63,570 bases of DNA from Takakia lepidozioides (lineage: Eukaryota > Plantae > Bryophyta), in NCBI GenBank assembly GCA_030704615.1, contig CM060734.1, forward strand, positions 15,624,431 to 15,688,000, given 5' to 3'. Positions 26,866 to 36,220 of the stretch are shown one piece after another. The stretch's first letter is position 1. Every line of letters starts with the position of its first letter. Under the pieces are notes generated by a model. It saw only the letters and a program-made list of their open reading frames with translations, searched no databases and was not told the origin of the DNA. A program made the position numbers and the translations under genes.

Positions 26866-28660
26866 TTGCAAAGCAAAGATTGGACATTGCACCATAGGCA
26901 GTACATGTTACAATTCTTGCAGAACTTTGAGCCTAGAACAGGAGCAACAACGGTGAAGGGAGTTGAATTAGAAGTTACTCCCCTATACCTACAGCAATTG
27001 TTTGAATTGCCATCAGGTCAGGTGCATGTGGAGGAACACAGGGCAAGACTGCAAATAGGGGACTTATTCCAAGAAGGGAGTTTCTTTAAAACTCAGGGTT
27101 ATGCTTGTACCAAGGCCGTGTACCCAGGGCTAAGGGAGGTAGGCCAGATACTGAACGTTCTGTTTGCCATGAAACAGAACCAACAGTATTTGAGCAGATC
27201 CTTCACAGAGGAAATACTCAAAGCCCTGAGAGGAGAAGAGGTAGCATGGGTGGACATAATGTACAACGGACTGGTAGAGGAGATGAAGAGATTACAAGGC
27301 ACTGCCGCAAAGTCTCCTATCATAGTGTCTGGGCCAATCATTGCACAAATTATTCTAGACTCGTGCATACTTGATGCGAGAGAAAGGAAGGAGATGGGAG
27401 TGTTTGAGACAGCAACCATTGCCATAGAATAGCAAGGTTCTTCACAGGGTGAAGGGGGATTGGCAGAGCATCAACAGCCTAAGAGGCAGAGGAAAGGGAT
27501 CACATTTGAAGCAAAACCATTGGCTACGAGATAGACAGAGGAAGAAGTTACTCATACTCTTGTGCAAGAGGGGGCACAACAGCACAGAGAAATGTGGGTA
27601 CAGACAACGCAACCTGTGGAGAGAGAACAGGAGGTTACTTCAGTATCACAGCCATCACAGCCAGATGATCGGCTTGTCACAGAGTTACCACAAGTTGTCC
27701 ATGCAGTTCCACCACAAATAATTGATTTGGAGAAAGAAGGGTTAGATATCCCCACTACAGAACAGGTGGTGGCAGAAATTGAGAAGGGGGACCTTCTCTA
27801 TGAGAACTCTAGCTTGGACAGGGAAATAGTGGTACCGGAAGTGCAAAGTCTGTACAAGGAAAGCCCTACTGTGCATGTATTACCCACCCCTGTGGAGGAG
27901 GTTCCAGAAGTAGAACTTAATGACACAGCAGCACCTGTGGAGAAGAAGGGGGTTGAGAAAGAGGATCTGGTCGAGCAGTGGCCTGAGTGGTTTGTGAGGC
28001 ATCATCCTATGGAAGATGTGGGTGAACAGCACCAGGTTCACCATGATGACCCCCAGTAGGCTATGCTTATGAATTCCATAAACAGAACCCTGAATTTGTT
28101 GGGAACTTATGTGAAGTCCCATGTTCCATTAACTCAATTGGAAGCTGTGAAAGAGGAGCTCAGAAAAGAGTTTGAAGCTCGGTTGGCCACTCAGTGTGTT
28201 AACAAGATTGATGAGGAAGTTCATCTGAAGTTACAACATGAGTTAGGGGAAACAAGGGCTGCTTTGCAATTCGCTAAGGAGCAATTGATTGAGGGGGGTC
28301 TAGAGCAAGACCAGTTGCAGGAGACACACAGGCAACAATTATTCCAATTGCAGACCAAGCACGAGGATGAGATGCAAGGAGTGAAGGTACAACATGCAGA
28401 GTTGGAGGTAGTACATCAAAGGATGACAGTGCAATGTGCCACCCTCACAAATGTTCTAGAGCAAGCCACAACAGATACTGGGGACTAACGGTATATTGAG
28501 TTCAAGTGTACCCAAAGAAGGATGGTTACTCAGTGATTTCTTGAAATCACAAAAGAACGAGTCGACGGAAGCAAAGGAATGGAAAACATTCCTGAAAAAA
28601 TTTCATGGCTTACCAATAACAATACAACAGAAGATCTTTCTTTCAATTGCGAAAGAAGAT
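26866..28660 (+). pseudogene. Extra 3' ORF of the gypsy element (accessory/env-like position; coiled-coil C-terminus)
   Basis: Co-oriented pieces 26866-27432, 27562-28059 and 28063-28488 are separated by stops. The Glu/Gln-rich heptads suggest a coiled coil. Confidence 0.6.
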
Positions 28661-28662
28661 GA

Positions 28663-29040
28663 CAAATGGCGGCGCCGGTTTTCCATCCGAGGGAGGTCCG
28701 AGTTATATTGCGGATGGAAATTCGGCGCCGGTTTTCCATCCAAGGCAGCTCCCAGTTATCTTGCGGATGAAAATTTGGCGTCGGTTTTCCATCCGACTTC
28801 CAGTGGATGAAGTGGGAGTGTCACCTAGCCCTCCTTCCGATGGAGACGTAGTCATGCACAGGCGCGTTGATGGAAAACCGGCGCCGAATTTCCATCCGCT
28901 AGATAACTCGGGCGGATCGAGGGCCAGGTGGCGGGGGGCGAGCTCCCTACCTATGACATTGAAGGGCGCCGGCCAGCATTCATTGTCCACAGCCGTTGGT
29001 TTTGAACAGGACATTCGGCACAGATTCCGCGCTGCCTTCT
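28663..29040. repeat. Cluster of GATGGAAA-N3-GGCGCC-N3-TTTCCATC palindromes
   Basis: Copies at ~28663, 28712, 28765 and 28869 (e.g. ggatggaaattcggcgccggttttccatcc). Confidence 0.85.
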
Positions 29041-30367
29041 CGGATACGCATGGAACACCTACTGTGACGGGTGGATGAAGTCCCACTCGAGGGCTGTGCG
29101 CACGCATTTTGCGGGAGAGTTATCTATTACTCGGACTCATGCCGCGTGGAGTAGGTCGTGGTTCTCCTGAGAGAAACCCCACTTCCAGATGGCGGTGCAA
29201 ACTCAAACCTTTGTACTACGGAACGCGTCCAACGTCTCGCATGGCCAAGCTGAAACTCCAGCAGAAGATCCCCTTGTCTTGATCATAGCCCGCGCCAACT
29301 GAAGCGGAGCACTCTTAGGCAAGCCCTAGCTTCTTCCTCTCTCTCTAGCATGTGCGGTCGTCTGATTGGCTTTGTTTTGTTTGTTTTAGCATCCTTGTGA
29401 ATGTCCTTCTTCATGTGCTTTTAAGCCTTTATTTGGTTTTGCTCTCATGGTTGTTCCATGCCACTCCCTACTCTGCCTCTCAAGACTGGTTCATTTTTTG
29501 GCCATTGTGGCGCTCTTGTTTAGGATGACAAAGTGAAGACGAGCTTGACACGGTGGCGGTATCGTCGACAGCTCCAACTCCTCGAGCACTCACTCCAAAA
29601 GCGGCTACTCATCGACCGCAGTCCGACAGTCATCGACAGCAATCTGCAGACCACGTGCTTCGCATTTTTGGGGAGCCAAAGCGGGGGCGGGAGGGCTCAC
29701 AGGAAGTAGCTCCTTTTGTTGGTGGACGGGAGCCCTGGAACGGGAGTACGCCCGAATAGGCATTCGGGAGGTTGGTGCAGCCGGCATGGCAGGTGCAGGA
29801 CCTCGCATGAGGACAGTAGATCCGCCAATCCAGGAAGCTGATGCACATGCAAGAGGGCCCGCCCACGCAAAGAAGAAGAAGAAGAAAGCCAAGCACATGC
29901 AAATTCCCCGGCGAGAGAGCCATCACAGGCTGCGGAGGGGGGTATGAACAAAACACCCACCAAGGCGCGTGACAGTGTCAGTTCCCCGCAATCAAAGGTT
30001 CTCCCTCCCCTGCTGCTACGCCTAGTAAGAAACAGAAGGCCCGTGAGAGGGCAAAAGAGAGGGCAAAAGAACAGGCGAGAGAGAATGCCAGGTCAATGTA
30101 CATTACTCTTGTTAGTTGGCTTCCGGTAACTAATGCCTTACGTCAGGTGTAGATACCTGTGGCTCGGATGCTTGTATGCCTCTCCTGCATGTGGCTTTGC
30201 TCCGTATAGCACCACCAAAATAAATGCCCAAGTCTTCTCTTACAAATACCTTTGGGAAAACTGGTTGTAAAACCAGAAAGCTGGTTGATATGGTGTAAAG
30301 ATGGGTTGCAGAGTACTGCCAACGTTATGATTCTAACATTTTGGAAGGATGCTTTGTTTTAAATCAG

Positions 30368-33300
30368 GAAACTGACTTGTATCCTGATAAGATCCCTCAA
30401 AGAAAGTTCTTTCCTTGACTTCATGAGGCAAGAGAGAAGGCCACTGAAGAGGCCAGGGAACTGGAAATGACAGATGCCCATGTAAGCGAGGGACGCACTG
30501 AAACGGTGGATCCCTCTAAGACAGCAGAAACAGGCAGTAAGACACTGGCTGCATCCTTGCCGGTTACACCATCGCGGGTGGGAGAAGCCCCCGCAATTAC
30601 CCATACGGTGGATACTGAGGGAGGGGATAAAACACCACGCACACCACGGAATGTGGCAAATAGAGGTGAAGACGCAGTAGAGACGGGGAGAGGGCATGAG
30701 GTACTTCCGGCGGTGAATGACGAAGTTGAGGACGACGACAATGACCTTTCTGACCAGGATGACATCCTCCCGGAGATCCCCAACCCCCAAACCCGGAGCA
30801 TACAGACTGGATTTGGTGGTCCTGGTGGGCTGCCGGAGAACCCCCCTGCAGCAGACGTCATGTTGGAGGCCGATATGAAGTTGGCCGCTGCCAAGATGTT
30901 GGAGGCAACCCACAGCAACATTGGAAGGGTCCTGGGAGGCATGGTCTACCCGGCAAAGCTTCGGATTCCTCTCTGCCGCTTGGTATCATTGCAGGTGGTC
31001 AGACTTGCCCTTCCAGGCGATATCAACAAGCTGAAATTCTCTTTCCGGGAGGGATATCAAATGGGGTCTGCCGCGTTTTATGTCTCCATTGAGAATGACC
31101 ACGGAGCTTCTCGTGCCCACACTTCCGATGAAGTGGACAAATGGGGTCCCCATTGGCAAAGGCGAAATGAGGAGTTCGAGAGATTGATTGCTACTGATCC
31201 TCTTTTCCACCACTTGTCCGGGAAGATGTTTTACGTGTGGGACGACAACCATCGCCTCCTGGCATGGATGGAGCACATAGCCCAAGCCCTCCCCCAACGA
31301 CCTGGATTGGCATTACGCCGTGGAGTGTGTTGTGCTGAAGGTTGCGGGGCCAAAGGATCGCAGTCTTCTCAAAGCTGCTATGGCAGACATCAACTCGTAA
31401 GTTACAATGCCTCTTTGCTCTGGAACTTTGAATTTGAAACACTCATTTCATTGCCAATCGTCATATTTATTGCAAATTCTCATTTTAGTATCGTTTAATG
31501 GAAATGGGCATTGCAGGGTGAATGAGAATGCCTTCATTGCCACCAACTTGTCCCACATGCTCTTCCGAGTGAAGGATGTCGGGAAGCAGGGAGTGCAAGA
31601 GTTTGCCAATTCGCTCAGTGCCGACCTACTGCGCAAGTCGGAGGCAAAGGCAGACAGAACCTGGTATAGGCTGAGCATGGATGCCATGGTGGACTACATA
31701 TTTCGGGTACAATGCCCAACTCTTTTGTTGACGTAATCAGTCTTTGCTCCCCCAATAGAAGAAAAAGTGTGGACCGGGATTTCTAATCTTATGTGCGCAT
31801 TGTTGACAGATGAAAATTGAGCAGGATTTGGCACATGCACGGAGGTTCTGCATGGAGTCAGAGGAGAAGAAACTAACCCTCCCGGCACTGGAATCATATC
31901 TGAAAGTTGCGGAGGCGAAGGCTCGCATCAAGTACAAGTCGCGGATGGTGAAGTACGTGGCCATTGCTGATCCCGCCCTTGGTGCCGACTTTCTGGTGGA
32001 GGTGGGGAAGCACTATTCCCGCGCTCTTAAGCCCACGATGACACTGGAGAAGTTGCATCGTCTAGCCACAACCTGTGTGGATGCAACAGAGAAGGTTATA
32101 CATTCTTAACCAAATTCTCTTGTGGCAACAATTCGTTTTCGTGGTGTCTTTCGCTTACTAATATGCACGCTGGTTGGACAGACCTGGTGGCTCCAAATCT
32201 GGATGTGTCCCAGAGTACACGGGACATGTGGAGCTTCCCAAAACCCGACAAATTGTCCGACCCCACATTCGACATGTGGATGAACCGCATGACATGGTGG
32301 TTTCAGGTACTTTCCCACGCTTCATTTGGCGCTTCTACTCTTGTATCGGGTGGATTTCTTGTATTTCTTGAGGAATGCGGTCTGATGGAGAATCTCCGCA
32401 GGTGACGACGAATGCGCAAGAGCAGCTTGACACCCAAGCACATCAGTTCAAGCTGGAGATTGCAGGAGAAGCAGAGAGCCTCCGCGACTATGTGACGAGG
32501 TACTTTCTGCTCTACAAAACCGACCTGTTCTTTCGAGAGATACCGCATGCCCGCCGGAGCCACGAGTTCACCGACCAGCCGAACGCGGGCAAAGCGACAA
32601 TGCGCCTTTTGTACAAGTAAATATGTGGTGCTCCTCTTTGATCTGTGGCCATTGTAGTCCCTAGAGTTCGTGGATGTAAAACGCCTTGTGTGGGGCATGA
32701 CAATTGGTTGTGAAGAAATGGCAAAGTCCCTGGGGTGCCCGCCCCCGAGACAGGGAAAAAGGCGCCGAATTTCCAGTATCGGTGGAAGCCACCCCAAGGA
32801 CTAGCCATTTGGAAGCCCCGAATCTGGAAATTCGTCGCCATTTTCCCAGCTTCTGAGGGCCCAGAATGGCTAAGTCCAATGAGGGGCTGGCCACGACACG
32901 GGAAATATGGCGCCGAATTTGCAGTTTAGGTGCCATCCACCGTGGGGACTTAGCCATTTCTTGCCCCCGGAACTGGAAATTCGGCGCCATTTTTTCCCGT
33001 ATTGGCCCAAAAATGGCTAAGTCCCAGAAGGGGCTGGCCCCCAACCTGGAAAAATGGCGCCGAATTTCCAGTATCAGTGCCAGCCACCCCAGGGACTTAG
33101 CCATTTCCGGGGCCCAGAACTGGAAATTCGGCGCCATTTTTCCAGGTTGGGTCTGAAAGTGGCTAAGTCCCAGAAGGGGCTGGCCACCAACCTGGAAAAA
33201 TGGCGCCGAATTTCCAATATCGGTGCCAGCCACCCCCGGGACTTAGCCATTTTCAGGGCACGAAATTGGAAATTCGGCGCCATTTTTCCAGGTTGGGTCC

Positions 33301-35990
33301 GAAAGTGGCCAAGTCCCAGAAAGGGCTGGGCCCCAACTTGGAAAAATGGAGCCAAATTTCTAGTTTCGGTGTCAGCCACCCCAGGGACTTAACCATTTCT
33401 GGGCCCGGAACTGGAAATTCGACGCCATTTTTCCAGGTTGGGCCCCAAAACGGCTAAGTCCCAGAATGGGCTGCCTCGCCCTCGGGAAAAATGGCGCCGA
33501 ATTACCACTTTCGTTGCCCGGCACCCTGGGGAGCCGGGACCAGCGGTCCCACCCCGCATGGAAATTCGGCGCCATTTTTGCAGTTTCTTGACGAAACATT
33601 AACCTCATTCCCGGGACCTGATTCTCTGTGGGTTTCTTGAATGCAGGTACTGCAAGTTCTCCCTGTTGGAGAAAGGTCATATGTCCTTCGAGCCGCCATT
33701 CTTCCTCGCATGGAGGAACCCTGGCGCTGACTCCATGTACACTGACGTTATCGTGAAGGAGTGGCATCTGGAGCATTTGCGCGACTGCCCTTGGTATGTG
33801 GACCTTCCGCCCGGAGGGCTCGACGCCTCCGAGTTTCAATTGAAGCTGGATGCTGAGGCCCGCCAAAACCGGGCTCCGCTGCCTCCGCTAGGTCCAAAGG
33901 AGGCGAAAGCGCTTGCCAAGTCCAGGAAAGCGGCAGAGCTTGCTCAGGCAAGTATTCATGAGAAGTTGAATGAGAAGAAAAAAGGGTTGAAGAAAAGGAC
34001 ACGGAAACAGGGGACTGCAGTAACCCCAAAAAAACAGAAAACCAGCGGGGCACGAGAGGAGGCGCAGGAGGGGCCCGAAGGGAGTGACTCCGATGACAAC
34101 TTTGTGCAAGGTCCTGCGACTGCTGCTGCTGCTACCAAGTCACCGGTAGTCCGGGTTCCCAAGTCAGTTCGGACTGGGACTGGCTCTACCAAGAAGTTGG
34201 CATTTGAGGGCGAGCCTACACGGCGGTATTCGACGGTGACGTTTCCCCACAGGCCAAAGCTAGAACCCCCAACATCATCCAATGCGTCAATGAGAGCTTC
34301 CTTGACATTCTGGCTGCCAGGGCGAAAAAGGTGGCACACAACAAGTCTCTGGAGGAGCTGAAGGGGAAAATGAAGAAGAGGGCTGCCGCTACAGAGCCTA
34401 AAGACACCCCTAGTTTGGAAGCCATGATGGAATTCTTCACGGCTGTGAGCACAGGGGGGGGGGGAGGTGGAGAGAGCCTGCGATATGATTCTCCTCGATA
34501 TTCCAGATGGGGAGCTGCTGGAGGGCTTGGATGGTGTGCCCACCTGGAACAAGTTTACTGAGGACTACTGGAGAGCTGGGTTTGGGCTGGCGGGGATGCT
34601 CCTGGATGACGGTGGATGTATGGTGGTCCTTGCCACAAGAGGAAGAGGACAGAGAATGCTGTGGCAAGGTGGACACCAAAAAGTGCCACCCCGGTCCTCC
34701 TCAAAAAATGGTTTTGCATCAATACGCAGGGGTTGCGAACAGAGGGCCAGAGTGTAAGTTATTAATCTATTGCCTTCACTTCATATCGTGGTGTATCTAA
34801 ACTAGACCTTGGAGTTGATCCATCTTTTGTTGGATGTGCAGACATTGGTGTTTGAGGCATATTGTTTTGTGAAGAAAGGGTCTACGTTCAAACTCCGCAA
34901 CGACGGTCATCTTGTTGATGCCGATGTGGACCCTGTTGCCTACGATGTCCTCTACAACTATGTGCCCCACTCCAATATGCCAAAGGACACAAAGACAGGC
35001 AAACCGTGGCGGTACAGCCGGACCCGGAGCCCTGCTTTCATCCAAACCCTCATGGAGACGTGCTCCGATGTCCAAGGGCGGATTTTTGACCTCACATGCG
35101 GCACGGGTAAGCCTTCACGTGCATAGTATGTCCCCTGGCCCGATTACAATTGCATGCCGCATGCTACTAACTGCCCGCTTTGTCCCTCAGGTGCTTCAAT
35201 GTGGGCTGGGACATTGTCCGACAGGCATGTCTTCACCTTCGAGCCAGATACCCTCCACAACTCGGAACTAGCAGCGGCTGAACATCTGCCGAAAGAGGAA
35301 GAGGCATCCTTGGAGGATGAGGAAGAATCCGAGAAGGAGCAGGGGGAGGTACAAGTTGGGATCGAGGCCAAGGAGCCCCCGGTTTACGAGTGAGTGGTCG
35401 CATTGTAAGTTGCCTCCTGATTTCGTGAGGCACCTCCCTTCGCTCTCTTATTTCATTGGCCGACCCTTTCTGCTTCTGCTGGTATTGACATTCTTGAAGT
35501 GGATTTGTTCTTACTGCAGGATGCCAAGTACTACAGGAGGGACGTCTACACGGCAGTTCATGGGCAGGAAGAACGTGCCTTTTTTTGCCAGGGGGGATTT
35601 CATGCCGAGTCCAAAAAGGGACTACATCCTTCCTACTCATGCTGCCCGACTTGCTTCGGTGTCCATTAGGAGGTCTTCCGAACCTAGTCATGTACATCAG
35701 ATTTTAGACGAGGCAAGCCTAAAGAAAATGAAGATGAGGGAGGAGGCAACAGCTATTAGAGCCCGTCAGGCTTGTAGATTTGTCTTGGATTCTGCTGAGG
35801 AAAGTGGGGGGAGAAGAGGCAGAAGATTCCTAGGAGGTGAGGTGGAGAGTCCCCCAAGGAGAGGATGGTATTTTTGAGAGGTATAGTGGAACTGATGCAT
35901 CTCAGAGCTCAGAGGATGGGGGGGATGGGGGGGATGAGGGGGATGAGGAGGAAGGTGGGGCAAGTTCCTTGGAGGGTGTAGGAGAGTAGT
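30368..35990 (+). pseudogene. Multi-exon gene: ParB/Srx-like domain fused to a beta-class N6-adenine/N4-cytosine DNA methyltransferase-like domain (degenerate copy)
   Basis: Inferred GT-AG exons: 30368-31396, 31517-31706, 31810-32094, ~32169-32306 (acceptor unclear), 32402-32616, 33647-34753, 34842-35106, 35191-35389, 35520-~35990; upstream exon(s) probably from ~29524. ParB-like: VVRLALPGDINKLKFSFREGY...FYVWDDNHRLLAW...AMADINSVNEN. MTase-like: IQCVNESFLDIL...DMILLDIPDG...LLDDGGCMVV...EAYCFVK...RSPAFIQTLMETCS..GRIFDLTCGT/GASMWAGTLSDRHVFTFEPD. Confidence 0.8.
32715..33580. repeat. Intronic tandem array of ~146-bp units, each carrying two opposed copies of GGAAAAATGGCGCCGAATTTCC
   Basis: The unit marker (t)ggcNaagtcc recurs at 32719, 32867, 33014, 33160, 33306 and 33451. 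The array lies inside phase-2 intron 32617-33646. Confidence 0.95.
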
Positions 35991-36220
35991 GCCATTCCGG
36001 CTATGATAGTTAGGACACACTTGTATAGATGTGGCTTGCCACAAAATTTCCAATAAAATGTTGCATTTCATTGATATGATGAGTCCAGTGGTGCCACATT
36101 CCAACTTCAAATGACCCTATTTCCGTGCCTCCTAACCCTATTTCCGTGGACACACAATTGTCCGTCATGCTTTTTTTTTTTCCGCTCATGCTCATGCCGC
36201 TCATGAAATAGCAGCCCCTG

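Larger units (their letters stand above)
20660..28662 (+). mobile_element. Non-chromoviral Ty3/gypsy retrotransposon body (gag-pol plus extra 3' ORF), no LTRs visible
   Basis: gag (RLFPCSL..EWY), CCHC knuckles, protease LIDGGSGVN, RT FLDD, RNase H, partial integrase (QGNGQAE), WKGPY, and additional sense ORFs 26866-28660. Confidence 0.92.
28663..36220 (+). mobile_element. Putative large DNA transposon segment carrying a ParB-methyltransferase gene; right terminus ~36220
   Basis: Contains palindrome arrays and ends ...ccgctcatgctcatgccgctcatgaaatagcagcccct(g), like the 6900 terminus, then abuts LINE ORF2 sequence. Confidence 0.6.

Noticed and set aside
32715-33580. 146-bp period as nucleosome-positioning design
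   Set aside because: It equals the core length with no linker, and nothing in the sequence supports more than coincidence.
28663-36220. Bacterial or phage contamination explaining ParB + MTase
   Set aside because: The gene is split by GT-AG introns with branch points (e.g. ctactaac at 35164), one inside motif I, and is contiguous with plant TEs.
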